The notes: generated from the sequence alone by a model not told the origin. A stretch of DNA of 64,000 nucleotides from an uncultured virus (IMG/VR IMGVR_UViG_3300035520_000906) (IMGVR_UViG_3300035520_000906); one strand, 5' to 3'; numbered from the stretch's first letter, positions 18,728 to 28,551 are shown. A program made the numbers and translations.

Positions 18728-18748
18728 GATGTTTCACCTCCAGTTTTA

Positions 18749-19030
18749 TTAGCCCCATGTTGCTTTAACTGGAGTCCATTCATTTCCGTTCCAGTATTTC
18801 TGTACACCACCAACTGATGTATCTATCCATGTTTTACTTGTGTCACTAGGTGCCACAGGTCCAACTTCCTGTCCACTCTCAATTTTTGTTTCTTGAATTG
18901 GTGATGCTATTGCATCTACATTACCTAACTTTGCTGCAACAGCTAATCCAGCTGCTATAAATCCAGCCCTCTTAAGAAACTCCAATCTAGTTATATCATT
19001 TTCTTTAATGTTGTCATTACTTACTGCCAT
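18749..19030 (-). CDS. Small protein with Tat-like signal peptide and phage-fibre-like Trp motif
   Basis: AAGGAGG RBS before ATG 19030; ITRLEFLKRAGFIAAGLAVAA...AIA; C-terminal GPVAPSDTSKTWIDTS...KYWNGNEW. Confidence 0.7.
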   Translation of the reverse strand: MAVSNDNIKENDITRLEFLKRAGFIAAGLAVAAKLGNVDAIASPIQETKIESGQEVGPVAPSDTSKTWIDTSVGGVQKYWNGNEWTPVKATWG

Positions 19031-19763
19031 GTCTCTTATCCTCCTTGACAAATTTGCATATAAATATGCTAATCTGATATAATGCTATCATAGGAAGTGC
19101 CACCATTACTTGTGAAACTATATCAGGAGGAGTTATTATTGCTGATGTTATAAATATTAAAACAATTATGTAGTTTCTAATTGCTTTCATTCTATCAGGT
19201 GTTAATATACCTACCTTTGTAAATCCCACACATATCAATGGCATTTCTGCTACAATGCCTATACAGATTTCTAATGTTAAGAATAATGTTATATATTCTT
19301 TGATAGAGACCTGTGCGGTTATGTTGTTTGTTTCCCCTATATCATATAAGAACTTGTAAATAAATGGTAATAATATCTTATATGCAAATAGTGCTCCAAC
19401 TACAAATAATATAAGTGTTACAATTCCATATAAAAACAACCTCATGATTGACTTTTTACTGCTAAATACTGGACAAATAAATGCTGCTATTTCATAAACT
19501 ATAAAAGGTAAACTTACTATAAAAGCAGCTACACCAGATATTCTAACTTGCTGTATCATCACTTCTTGAGGTTGTATATACACAAATTCATATCCTATTG
19601 ACTTACCTAACTCTGTTATTACTTCTAATATCCTAGTACAATTTATATATGCGATTATGAATACTACTATAAAAACGATTAAGACTGTTCTAATTCTATG
19701 TTTTAACTCACTTATATGACCGCTCAGACTCATTTGATTAGGATTCTTATTATTCCTTTTCAT
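19017..19763 (-). CDS. tatC: Twin-arginine translocase subunit TatC
   Basis: MSLSGHISELKHRI, PFIVYEIAAFICP, GIVAEMP, SAIITPPDIVSQVMVALPMIALYQISI; six TM segments. Confidence 0.95.
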   Translation of the reverse strand: MKRNNKNPNQMSLSGHISELKHRIRTVLIVFIVVFIIAYINCTRILEVITELGKSIGYEFVYIQPQEVMIQQVRISGVAAFIVSLPFIVYEIAAFICPVFSSKKSIMRLFLYGIVTLILFVVGALFAYKILLPFIYKFLYDIGETNNITAQVSIKEYITLFLTLEICIGIVAEMPLICVGFTKVGILTPDRMKAIRNYIIVLIFITSAIITPPDIVSQVMVALPMIALYQISIFICKFVKEDKRHGSK

Positions 19764-19803
19764 GATTTAGCTGTCTTTCCTTTAGCTTATTTAGTTTTTA
19801 TAG

Positions 19804-19980
19804 TTAGTTGATTTCTTTGCTAAACTCGTCTGCCATTTCCTCTTTAGCCTGTTCAAATTCCTTCTTTGCTACCCTTATAGAATCCTTACCAGACTTAAAA
19901 AGTTTAGGAATAAGAGTTGAACCGAATAATAAGAGTACAACGACAACTATTATAGCTATCTCTAAAAATCCTATTCTCAT
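19804..19980 (-). CDS. tatA: Twin-arginine translocase TatA/TatE family subunit (58 aa, not in ORF track)
   Basis: Read by hand: MRIGFLEIAIIVVVVLLLFGSTLIPKLFKSGKDSIRVAKKEFEQAKEEM...; LLFG hinge plus amphipathic helix. Confidence 0.85.
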   Translation of the reverse strand: MRIGFLEIAIIVVVVLLLFGSTLIPKLFKSGKDSIRVAKKEFEQAKEEMADEFSKEIN

Positions 19981-20111
19981 AATAATGCCTCACTTTCTTT
20001 GTTACTGTCTAACAATAAGATTTTATTTAGTTGTTGTAAATTTCCGCCCAAATTATTACAATTTTCATTGTTATCCCCCAAATTATTTAATGTTACTTCT
20101 ACCTCTCTTTC

Positions 20112-20405
20112 TTACTTTTCCAAGTTAATTTTAGGTGAAACTTCTTTCTTTATATCTGTTACTGTATCAATGACTTCGTTTTGTAGGTCTTGTACAGGTT
20201 GAACAGCTTCTTTAACTGGTTCAGTTATTGGAGCTACTGCATCCTTAACTGGTTCTACGACTTCTTTCCTTATTTTCTCATTTTCTTCCTTAATAATTAA
20301 AAGAGCTTTACTAATTGTTTTTGCTAAATCTTTTAATTTATCAGGTTTTATGAGAGCTACTGCTACGATTACTATAACAAGTAACTCTGCTAGTCCAATT
20401 CTCAT
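20112..20405 (-). CDS. tatB: Twin-arginine translocase TatB/TatA family subunit
   Basis: MRIGLAELLVIVIVAVALIKPDKLKDLAKTISKAL matches the TatB-type ELL...PxKL pattern; upstream of tatA and tatC. Confidence 0.75.
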   Translation of the reverse strand: MRIGLAELLVIVIVAVALIKPDKLKDLAKTISKALLIIKEENEKIRKEVVEPVKDAVAPITEPVKEAVQPVQDLQNEVIDTVTDIKKEVSPKINLEK

Positions 20406-20472
20406 GCCTTTTCTCCCATAAAAATTTTAAATAACAATTCATTACTAATTCATGCCTTATTTATTGCACTGT

Positions 20473-20994
20473 TTATTTACTCTGTAGTCTATAATATATT
20501 TTCTTATTGTACTGAAACTTTCTATATAGTAGTGTAAATATCATTACATATATTAAAGGCTCTATTATACTTGCTAAAAATATTATTGCTATGCTTGTAT
20601 CTGTATAAATGGTTGCTACTAGCATTAATGACAATAGACTTGTTAAACTTACTGCTATCATTTCAACTGTGTCTAGTTCCCACCATAGCACCAAGTCCAA
20701 CAAGTCTATTACTAACGTTATACCTAACATACCTAATATTAAAATTATCAGAAACAATGCTCCACGTACACTATTATAATTGCTTTCACTCATTATTAGT
20801 GGTGCACTATTATCATTCATTATATCGTTATAATACCAGTTTTCTGTGTAACTTGCAAGTTTAAAACAACCTGCTAATTCAATGATAAGCTTAATTAAAA
20901 TTGATATAATGTGTGAAATCTTTAACAGTTGTTTCGTTAATTTATTATCTAATTTATATTTTTTACAATAATGTCTGATAATATTTTCAATCAT
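20473..20994 (-). CDS. Multi-TM membrane protein
   Basis: About four hydrophobic segments. Confidence 0.65.
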   Translation of the reverse strand: MIENIIRHYCKKYKLDNKLTKQLLKISHIISILIKLIIELAGCFKLASYTENWYYNDIMNDNSAPLIMSESNYNSVRGALFLIILILGMLGITLVIDLLDLVLWWELDTVEMIAVSLTSLLSLMLVATIYTDTSIAIIFLASIIEPLIYVMIFTLLYRKFQYNKKIYYRLQSK

Positions 20995-21011
20995 GATATA
21001 TTCCTATTTAA

Positions 21012-21734
21012 TTAAGCTTCCTCTATAATTTGCATTTCAACTTTTACTGGCATATCAATTGTTTGTTTAGGTCTATACACATTATAATTTCTGCCATCCA
21101 CCCTTATAAAACAACCGCTGTTACTTTGTCTTTCGTTGTTACTATTCTCAATATCCTTGATTGTCATATCTGAGTTAATGTCTGATAATATATCTTTTAT
21201 AAGACCTTTATCATCAGTTGATGTATACACCTTATATAATACAGATGCTACCTCTTTATTTAGCATTTGTTTAGTAGCTTCTATCATAAGGTTCCTAAAC
21301 TTACTATCTGTGATTGTTACACCATTATGTGATAGTGTCTGCTTTATCTCTGCTGCTTCACTACCTTTTGTTATACTCTTGATAATTTTGCTAACTAGTT
21401 CACTATCCATTTTCTCTATGTATTGTTTATTTATCTCAAGTATATACTCAATATCTGACATTGATAAACTGTAACCAGCATTTGTCATTATTGATTTTAT
21501 TTGTTTACTTGACAAACCTAAGCTTGCATACTTACATATATCACATGCTGTCAATATAATGTCAGTATTCTTCTTAATTGCCTCGTCTGATGTGGCTCTC
21601 TGGTACATACCACATACTGCTTGTCTACTCATCTGTATATTATAATCTCTTGCAAGTATATCACTTATAGTTTGGAATGAGCAGTTTCTTTCTTTTAAGT
21701 CCACTATTATTGCCTTAAGCTCTCTCTTATCCAT
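21012..21734 (-). CDS. Putative HTH-containing DNA-binding protein
   Basis: N-terminal CSFQTISDILARDYNIQMSRQAVCGMY is HTH-like; two further similar segments (GLSSKQIKSIM..., GSEAAEIKQTL...). Confidence 0.5.
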   Translation of the reverse strand: MDKRELKAIIVDLKERNCSFQTISDILARDYNIQMSRQAVCGMYQRATSDEAIKKNTDIILTACDICKYASLGLSSKQIKSIMTNAGYSLSMSDIEYILEINKQYIEKMDSELVSKIIKSITKGSEAAEIKQTLSHNGVTITDSKFRNLMIEATKQMLNKEVASVLYKVYTSTDDKGLIKDILSDINSDMTIKDIENSNNERQSNSGCFIRVDGRNYNVYRPKQTIDMPVKVEMQIIEEA

Positions 21735-21856
21735 ATCATGATTACCTCTAACTTTAAATTTAAAAATATTTGTCTATATTATAATCAATGTTTTATTATT
21801 GGATTACTTTTAAAACTTCTGCAATCTAATGTATATTATATGTTGTTATTAAATTA

Positions 21857-21930
21857 AAAACAGAGGTTTATGATTTCACAAGTTTGCAATTTTTAAATAC
21901 CTGTGTTTACCAATCATAGACCTCTGTTTT
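21857..21930 (-). terminator. Long imperfect hairpin
   Basis: AAAACAGAGGTTTATGATT / AATCATAGACCTCTGTTTT after the stop at 21948. Confidence 0.55.
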
Positions 21931-21947
21931 ACCATTTAATTTTAATG

Positions 21948-22487
21948 TTAATCTTGTTTTAACTTAATGATTTCAACTCCCTTATTCTCAAGTAACTCAA
22001 TAATTTTATCATGTTTTATTGTCTTGTGTGAAACCTTAAATTCTATTGTATTCCTTGATTTCTTAGGTTTTTTGTCTTCCTCATTCTGTTTATGCCCCGA
22101 AGTCTTGTTCGTAATTGTTAATTCTTTTACTGGTTCATCAAATATAAACTTAATTGCTTTTTTATCTACTGTATAGTGTTTTGTTTTCTTATCTTTATTT
22201 TTATCTGTAAAGTAAAACTCATATTTATCATTGTTTTCTACAATTGTTACTGTTCCACTATATACTTTGTATTTTAATTCAGCCATAACCACAACAGATA
22301 TAATAATCATTGCTCCAAAGACACATATTACTAAGTATGCTCTATATCCAGTTAAATGATCTGGTTGAATAATAACCATTGCTGCTATAATTATTGCTAG
22401 CTGTACAACCCACCAAATTGCTGGTATTACCTTAGTTGCTACTGATTCTCTACTAAATTTGCACTGTACATTTCCAAGAATTTCCAT
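21948..22487 (-). CDS. Two-TM membrane protein
   Basis: Two N-terminal TM helices and a basic C-terminal domain; GAGGAG RBS. Confidence 0.7.
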   Translation of the reverse strand: MEILGNVQCKFSRESVATKVIPAIWWVVQLAIIIAAMVIIQPDHLTGYRAYLVICVFGAMIIISVVVMAELKYKVYSGTVTIVENNDKYEFYFTDKNKDKKTKHYTVDKKAIKFIFDEPVKELTITNKTSGHKQNEEDKKPKKSRNTIEFKVSHKTIKHDKIIELLENKGVEIIKLKQD

Positions 22488-22513
22488 AAGCTGTCTCCTC
22501 TTTTCTTATGTAA

Positions 22514-22642
22514 TTACACATTAGCTTCAGTGTGCTCTATAAAATCTCCTTGGTTATCTTCCTCTTTACACCCTGTAAGTAACATTGCTGTCATTGCTAA
22601 CATTAGCACCATTACTGTTATTTTACTATGTCTCATTTTCAT
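22514..22642 (-). CDS. Very small lipoprotein (42 aa, not in ORF track)
   Basis: Read by hand: MKMRHSKITVMVLMLAMTAMLLTGCKEEDNQGDFIEHTEANV*; lipobox LTGC. Confidence 0.55.
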   Translation of the reverse strand: MKMRHSKITVMVLMLAMTAMLLTGCKEEDNQGDFIEHTEANV

Positions 22643-22645
22643 CAC

Positions 22646-23374
22646 CTATTTTATTGATGGAAAAATTATCTGTCTTAAACCCTCTTTCGTAAGATATCCT
22701 GGACTATTCTTAGGTTTCTTACTATTATTCATAATCTCTTCTTCAAGGTTCTCTAATAACTTTTCGTTGTCAATTTCCTGATTTTGAAGGCTACTATTTA
22801 AACCATTTGCTTCATTAAAACTCCTAACTAGTTCAGCATTTAACTCTGCAATTTCATCTGCTGTTAAATTATCAGCATCAACGTCAAATTCAATTCTTTC
22901 ATTGTCATCTGGCACATCTTCTTCTGCTGTTTCGTTTACTTCTTCTCTCTTGTTTGTAAACTTAATGTGTTCTGCTATTGTGTCATAAATATTTCCATAC
23001 ATGCTACTCAATCCATCGAGTAGATATCTTATGACTCTTATTTCTGTCTCAAGTTTCTCTGAGTACATCTGTAATGATTTTGATGTATCAGCTAATCTCA
23101 ACTCTGTTGAAATACTTAATGGCTTATCTTTACATACATCTTCAACAGTTGACCCTATGTCATTCAATGTTTCCTCTATACTTGATTGCTGTTTCTCAAG
23201 ATATTTTAAATATCCGTCAATTTCATCTGTATAGCTACTTATAAAATTTTCAATTGAACCAAGATAACCAGTAAATGATTCATCTGTTCTTGCCTGTATA
23301 CTTTTTACACTATCTTCAATCTCAACGAGTTTATTAATTAATTCTGCACTTTTTGATTTATTGGATGCTTCCAT
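22646..23374 (-). CDS. Coiled-coil hypothetical protein
   Basis: 242 aa, helical and acidic; GGGAG RBS. Confidence 0.7.
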   Translation of the reverse strand: MEASNKSKSAELINKLVEIEDSVKSIQARTDESFTGYLGSIENFISSYTDEIDGYLKYLEKQQSSIEETLNDIGSTVEDVCKDKPLSISTELRLADTSKSLQMYSEKLETEIRVIRYLLDGLSSMYGNIYDTIAEHIKFTNKREEVNETAEEDVPDDNERIEFDVDADNLTADEIAELNAELVRSFNEANGLNSSLQNQEIDNEKLLENLEEEIMNNSKKPKNSPGYLTKEGLRQIIFPSIK

Positions 23375-23430
23375 TGTATTCTCCCTTTAACCCTAAATAC
23401 TACAATTAAACACTTATTATATCAACTTGT

Positions 23431-23703
23431 CTATTTTTCGAGTACTGCTAATATTCTATTAAGATCCACTGTTGATATACTAGACTCATATAATATATTT
23501 ACTATACTTACTATTTTATCACAACGTTTAACGCTATCTGCTGATATACTCATCAGCAAGTCACATAAATCTATTATAGAAGACTTAGGTAATGTTACTG
23601 TGTCATCTTCTCTATTATACATTTCTGTTTTGATTGCATCTAGTACTGTTTTAACTTGTTTGTTTGTCTTAGTGGTGTCTGCTATCTGTTCAACCAATGT
23701 CAT
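23431..23703 (-). CDS. Hypothetical protein
   Basis: 90 aa; GGGAGGG RBS. Confidence 0.7.
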   Translation of the reverse strand: MTLVEQIADTTKTNKQVKTVLDAIKTEMYNREDDTVTLPKSSIIDLCDLLMSISADSVKRCDKIVSIVNILYESSISTVDLNRILAVLEK

Positions 23704-23789
23704 TTCTGCACCCTCCCTTTGTACTTTAAAATTTTTACTTTAAAATATCTTTTATGCAGTTTATAATGACACTTATCTTATTGATTGTT

Positions 23790-24143
23790 TTAAGTTAATG
23801 AAACTGTATTTTCATCATGCCCATACTTTTTATTTAATTCAACAAGCTCTTTTCTAAACTGCTCTGAACTCAACAACTGCTCAATCATTTCAACCTTAGA
23901 ATAAACTCCTATATAGTCATCAGAAATTGGTGTTGAGTTATATTTTTCTTCATGTTTATCCCATTTCTTACAATCTATTGTATAATATAGTATAAGACTT
24001 TGTGGTAATTCTTTAAAGTATAAAATTACAAAAAATGTTTTATTCAAGGCTTTTAGTGTTACCTTGTATTTCAAATCCTTTGTTAACCCCAATTCTGCCT
24101 CGCTATTAAACAATACTCCTGCTTTCTTAAATCTTAGTTTCAT
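23790..24143 (-). CDS. YSKEE-motif array protein (single unit)
   Basis: PISDDYIGVYSKVEMIEQLL. Confidence 0.7.
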   Translation of the reverse strand: MKLRFKKAGVLFNSEAELGLTKDLKYKVTLKALNKTFFVILYFKELPQSLILYYTIDCKKWDKHEEKYNSTPISDDYIGVYSKVEMIEQLLSSEQFRKELVELNKKYGHDENTVSLT

Positions 24144-24182
24144 ACTTTCTCCTTTACCTTTGACCTAATCTTATTTTATTTC

Positions 24183-24656
24183 CTACTTTATTTTATAAGG
24201 ATATATAGCATCATTATCTTTGTTATTCCGTTTATTTTCCTCTTGTCTCTTCTTTCTTTCTACAAGTAGTTGATATGAATACTTTGATTTTGTTATAGAT
24301 GGATAAAAGATCCCCTCTTTAGTAATCATGTATTCTATTATATCCTCTTTGTCAAACAACTTTATTAAATCATTCTTTACTTCCACTCTCTCATGTATAA
24401 CAGAACTTAATGTTGACAAACTATATTCGTTGTCAGGTTCAAACTGTGTATCACTGTCAAAAACAACAAACATTTTGTCACCAGTACATTCCACATGTAT
24501 TATTGCATTTACTGTTATTGTTGATATTTCGCTGTCCCCACTATATTCTGCCATTACAATGTATTTATCTGCATCTGACTTTCTCTCAGCTTGTGATAAA
24601 TAAACCAAGTCTGTTAATTTCTTTAACATTATTATTTTTATTTCCCCATCGTTCAT
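24183..24656 (-). CDS. YSKEE-motif array protein (divergent)
   Basis: EVKNDLIKLFDKEDIIEYMI. Confidence 0.65.
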   Translation of the reverse strand: MNDGEIKIIMLKKLTDLVYLSQAERKSDADKYIVMAEYSGDSEISTITVNAIIHVECTGDKMFVVFDSDTQFEPDNEYSLSTLSSVIHERVEVKNDLIKLFDKEDIIEYMITKEGIFYPSITKSKYSYQLLVERKKRQEENKRNNKDNDAIYPYKIK

Positions 24657-24659
24657 AAC

Positions 24660-25586
24660 CTAGTCTTCCTTGAGTTTAGTTCTCATTCTAGTAAGTAAGT
24701 CATCAAATATTCTTGTTTCATTTAATAAGCTTACTGCTAATCTATTTCTTGACTTAATGCTATCTACATCATATTCCCTTGCTATTATTTCCATTTTATC
24801 TGTAAGCTCTACTCTTCTGTCTTTAAGTGCTATTCGCTTACTGTCCATATCTCTTATTGCTACACATTTACATTTACATTCAATGCTAATATAACCTTTA
24901 TATAATTGTTTGTCTCTCAATACTACAGGATAATTGATAACATTTTTAAAACTATAATTAAACTCTGCTGTGATATCTATTACATTATTTAAGTAGTATG
25001 CTTCTGCTTGTACTATTGTTTCAGAAGGTACTCTCTTCATAGAATTTCTATCTATGTTAGGTCTTAAATCATAATCCTCAATATCACTTTGTACATTCTC
25101 TATGTTTATATATTCAACTGCTGTTGTAATATATTTATTTCTGAGTTTTAATAGTGAATTTCCAATTACTTCATCCAATAAACCTTTTCTTTTTATTGCA
25201 TCTGTTATAATTTCCTCTTTGCTCAATAATATAAGTTCTGTGTCTGTCACTTTTACTTCTTTGTCACTGAAATAGATTAATTGCAATAGATACATTATTC
25301 TCATGTTGTTTTTCATCAGTATTAAGTCTGACATTAAATGCTCAAATTGGTTAGCTGATACAATAGAATTTCCAACTCTTGACTTTGATACACAAACACC
25401 ACGTTTGATTGTATTTGTGTCTGTATTAATACTTACTGTTGCTATTAAATCTATTTGTCTCTTTATGTATGTAACAACTATACTAACATAATAAATTTCT
25501 ATGTTATTTGTTACATTTCCATCATGTCCTTCTATTTTCTCTATGCTAATCTCTACTTCTTCATCAAAGAACTTATTATCTTGCAT
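24660..25586 (-). CDS. YSKEE-motif array protein (double unit)
   Basis: KVTDTELILLSKEEIITDAI. Confidence 0.75.
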   Translation of the reverse strand: MQDNKFFDEEVEISIEKIEGHDGNVTNNIEIYYVSIVVTYIKRQIDLIATVSINTDTNTIKRGVCVSKSRVGNSIVSANQFEHLMSDLILMKNNMRIMYLLQLIYFSDKEVKVTDTELILLSKEEIITDAIKRKGLLDEVIGNSLLKLRNKYITTAVEYINIENVQSDIEDYDLRPNIDRNSMKRVPSETIVQAEAYYLNNVIDITAEFNYSFKNVINYPVVLRDKQLYKGYISIECKCKCVAIRDMDSKRIALKDRRVELTDKMEIIAREYDVDSIKSRNRLAVSLLNETRIFDDLLTRMRTKLKED

Positions 25587-25590
25587 GTTA

Positions 25591-25743
25591 TCATTTCCTA
25601 TTTTTGTTGTTCATTAGATGTTCTTTCATTGCCTCGTCTATTGCTTGCTGCTGTCTTAACCAGTCTGCTTCCATTTCCTTATCTAGTTCACTTTGTACAA
25701 ATCCACTAACTGGTTCGTGTGTTTCAAAATTATCCTTGTTCAT
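25591..25743 (-). CDS. Small hypothetical protein (50 aa, not in ORF track), no array motif
   Basis: Read by hand: MNKDNFETHEPVSGFVQSELDKEMEADW...NRK*; ATGA overlap with the upstream stop and AAGGAGG RBS. Confidence 0.55.
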   Translation of the reverse strand: MNKDNFETHEPVSGFVQSELDKEMEADWLRQQQAIDEAMKEHLMNNKNRK

Positions 25744-26150
25744 TTCTTTTTCCTCCTTAGTGTATGTGTCATATCTATGAATATGTCTTTTAGTATTACT
25801 TTATTTATCTGAGATGTAATTGCATTTATTTCTTTTCCTAACATGTTCTCTTTTAATATTAGGTTGTTGATTATCTCATCACCAGAATACATCATTGTTG
25901 ATACTGGATTTATTCTTGTTTTAATTATGTTGTCATTAAACTTATTAAGTTGAAAGGATGAAAAGTCGTAATTTCTTATTGCCATTACATATTTTATCTT
26001 TGTTTCTAATATGTCTTCATCTGTTTTAAATATACTTTCACACATCATACTTAATATGTAGTTTTTATAATTAAAAGATATTAGTATACCGTGTATTTCA
26101 TTGTTTAATGCATCAGCTACTACTGTCAATTTTTGTATTTTATCTTTCAT
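25740..26150 (-). CDS. YSKEE-motif array protein (single unit)
   Basis: RINPVSTMMYSGDEIINNLI. Confidence 0.75.
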   Translation of the reverse strand: MKDKIQKLTVVADALNNEIHGILISFNYKNYILSMMCESIFKTDEDILETKIKYVMAIRNYDFSSFQLNKFNDNIIKTRINPVSTMMYSGDEIINNLILKENMLGKEINAITSQINKVILKDIFIDMTHTLRRKKK

Positions 26151-26158
26151 TTGACTAC

Positions 26159-26563
26159 CTATCTTAAATCTATGTATAATTGTCTTACTCCTATGTATCC
26201 ATTTTTAAACTTCTCATATAGAATGTTACTCTTACATATTTCGTGTTTTACTATTTCCTCTTTTGTATAAACTGTGAAACTTATTGGATTTAATTCAATT
26301 TGTTCATTGACATTGCTTGCATATTCCAATGTTCTATCTTCATTTTTAACTATGTTTTCTATTCTTGTAGATACTAGTGCTATTTCTAATATGCTTTTAT
26401 TATCTTTAGTTATGAATTTTACACAAAATGTAATGTATATTACATAATCTTCATAACATATATCTCTACATCTATATATTATATCTGCTTGATACCAGTC
26501 TTTATGCACTCTTGCTACATTTATATCTATGTGTTTGATTTCTTCTAATAAGTACTTGTCCAT
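26159..26563 (-). CDS. YSKEE-motif array protein (single unit)
   Basis: ELNPISFTVYTKEEIVKHEI. Confidence 0.75.
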   Translation of the reverse strand: MDKYLLEEIKHIDINVARVHKDWYQADIIYRCRDICYEDYVIYITFCVKFITKDNKSILEIALVSTRIENIVKNEDRTLEYASNVNEQIELNPISFTVYTKEEIVKHEICKSNILYEKFKNGYIGVRQLYIDLR

Positions 26564-26582
26564 ATTATTCCATCCACGAATT

Positions 26583-27011
26583 TTATTTATCGCTGTTTTT
26601 ATCTTTCTTGAATATGATTAGTTTACTAGCTACATAGTTTAAAATAATTACAATTATGTTAGACATTAATTTCCAAATCATTTCGTTCCAATGATTTAGG
26701 TCAACTGCTATATACATAATTACTAAATCTATCAAACCAGTTGTTATTCTGCAAGTAAAAAATGTAACTAATTCATATAATACTTTCTTTACTTCCATTG
26801 ACTTACTGTCAAATACAAATAATTTATTCGTAATAAATGCAAATATTACTGATATAAACCATGCTAGTGCTGTACTTATTACATTTGCTATATGTATTTT
26901 GTCATATAATACATAGTATGTTACTAAGTTTATAATTGTTGTCAGTACTCCAAATATTGCATACATTATAAATGACTTATATTTTAGCAACAGTTCCTTA
27001 ATTTTAATCAT
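26583..27011 (-). CDS. gtrA: GtrA/GtcA family membrane protein (putative lipid-linked sugar flippase)
   Basis: YAIFGVLTTIINL...AWFISVIFAFITNKLFVF...KLMSNIIVIILNYVASKLIIFKK; four TM. Confidence 0.9.
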   Translation of the reverse strand: MIKIKELLLKYKSFIMYAIFGVLTTIINLVTYYVLYDKIHIANVISTALAWFISVIFAFITNKLFVFDSKSMEVKKVLYELVTFFTCRITTGLIDLVIMYIAVDLNHWNEMIWKLMSNIIVIILNYVASKLIIFKKDKNSDK

Positions 27012-27396
27012 ATTCTTCTATCCCCTCTTTATCCCCAAGAATATAGACTGTCCTATGTACGTTCCAATTTTTCTTTTCACAGTATTCATCCATTATCTTT
27101 ATTGACTTATCAAATATGTCTGTTTTATTTACTATTTCTTTTATGATTTCCTCCTTGGAGTAAACCATAGTTTCAATGCTAGGTATTTCATAAATATGGT
27201 TACTGCTAAAACAAAAAGTTGTTTTTTTATAATTAACTGATGTTCTGCAACTATAACTATATTCAACTCTATCGTCAAAAAAATAGAAATGCATGTAAAA
27301 TGTTAGTACTCTATGTGAAGGAACTTCATATCCTTGTGTTACTAACATATATGAATTATTTTTTCCTTTTGATATATTGCTGACCACTATTTCCAT
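27004..27396 (-). CDS. YSKEE-motif array protein (single unit)
   Basis: EIPSIETMVYSKEEIIKEIV. Confidence 0.8.
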   Translation of the reverse strand: MEIVVSNISKGKNNSYMLVTQGYEVPSHRVLTFYMHFYFFDDRVEYSYSCRTSVNYKKTTFCFSSNHIYEIPSIETMVYSKEEIIKEIVNKTDIFDKSIKIMDEYCEKKNWNVHRTVYILGDKEGIEEYD

Positions 27397-27477
27397 ATTG
27401 CATACCTACTTAGTTCAATTAAAATAAAATATTTATTTATCATTATTTTAATGCAATATGAAATAAAAGCACCTTTA

Positions 27478-27813
27478 TTATTTCATGTATTCTTCTATTT
27501 TAGACTTGATTTCATCTAATATATTATCATTTTTCAAAATGTGTCTTATGTATTCTTCTTTACTATACAATGCTAGTTCAACTATATTTATGTCTAATAT
27601 TGAATTTACTGTTATACTTCTATCTAATGGTAATAATCTTGAATTGAATTGCCACAGTGGTTCATAATATATTGAGTAAACTAAACGATTTATGTTATTT
27701 CCCAGAGAAAACAAAAATTTGATTTCGAGTGATGTGTCTTCGCCTTTAACTTTTGTTCTTACAATAACTCTGTATTTGTCAATATCTGTATTTTCAAAGC
27801 TACTTATTATCAC
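27478..27813 (-). CDS. YSKEE-motif array protein (single unit)
   Basis: DINIVELALYSKEEYIRHIL. Confidence 0.8.
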   Translation of the reverse strand: MIISSFENTDIDKYRVIVRTKVKGEDTSLEIKFLFSLGNNINRLVYSIYYEPLWQFNSRLLPLDRSITVNSILDINIVELALYSKEEYIRHILKNDNILDEIKSKIEEYMK

Positions 27814-28545
27814 TCAATGAACCTCCACTTTACTACTTAACAAATCAATATCATTTTCAATCTGCTGTGTAGCATCCTCAAATATGTTATTTTTACTAAG
27901 ATAGTCTAGTATCAATTCTGCATAGTCAACAAACTCTTCATGACCTTTTATATCTCTTTCCTTGATTGTACGTTTTAAGTTAATGTACATATATTTTGTT
28001 TTCACATAACCATTATATATAATAGCATATCCATTACTATTACAAAATGGCATGTAGAATGTAAGTACTGCTGTTAATATATTTCCCTTATAGTCACCCT
28101 CAGCATATAGTCTGTATGTCTTATCTTTTGCAAAGTTATATAGTGCTCCTTTAGCAGGCATTATACTTGTCACATCAAACTCTGTATTTGATGCTTTGAA
28201 CTTTTTAAGATTGTTTAACTTAATTGTAGCTTTGTTAATTGCTTCTATTACTATGCTATCATTATCAAGTAGAATTTTTTCTAACAATTCTTTCTTTGAA
28301 TACATCATTAACTCAATGTTTGATATATTAAACTCTGGATATTTGTCTATACTTACCAATACAAAACCAATGGTACTTGCTATTTGTATATATTTACACT
28401 TAATACTATTATTGTCCTCAAAATCAAACTTTAATATAGCTGTACTGTCTCCTACTACATCATCATGTGATAGATGAATTTTAGTTAATGTTTCATTTGA
28501 GTTAAGTTGTATTATATCCAATATATTGAGTTTATCTATTTCCAT
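27814..28545 (-). CDS. YSKEE-motif array protein (double unit)
   Basis: NISNIELMMYSKKELLEKIL. Confidence 0.8.
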   Translation of the reverse strand: MEIDKLNILDIIQLNSNETLTKIHLSHDDVVGDSTAILKFDFEDNNSIKCKYIQIASTIGFVLVSIDKYPEFNISNIELMMYSKKELLEKILLDNDSIVIEAINKATIKLNNLKKFKASNTEFDVTSIMPAKGALYNFAKDKTYRLYAEGDYKGNILTAVLTFYMPFCNSNGYAIIYNGYVKTKYMYINLKRTIKERDIKGHEEFVDYAELILDYLSKNNIFEDATQQIENDIDLLSSKVEVH

Positions 28546-28551
28546 TCTGTT

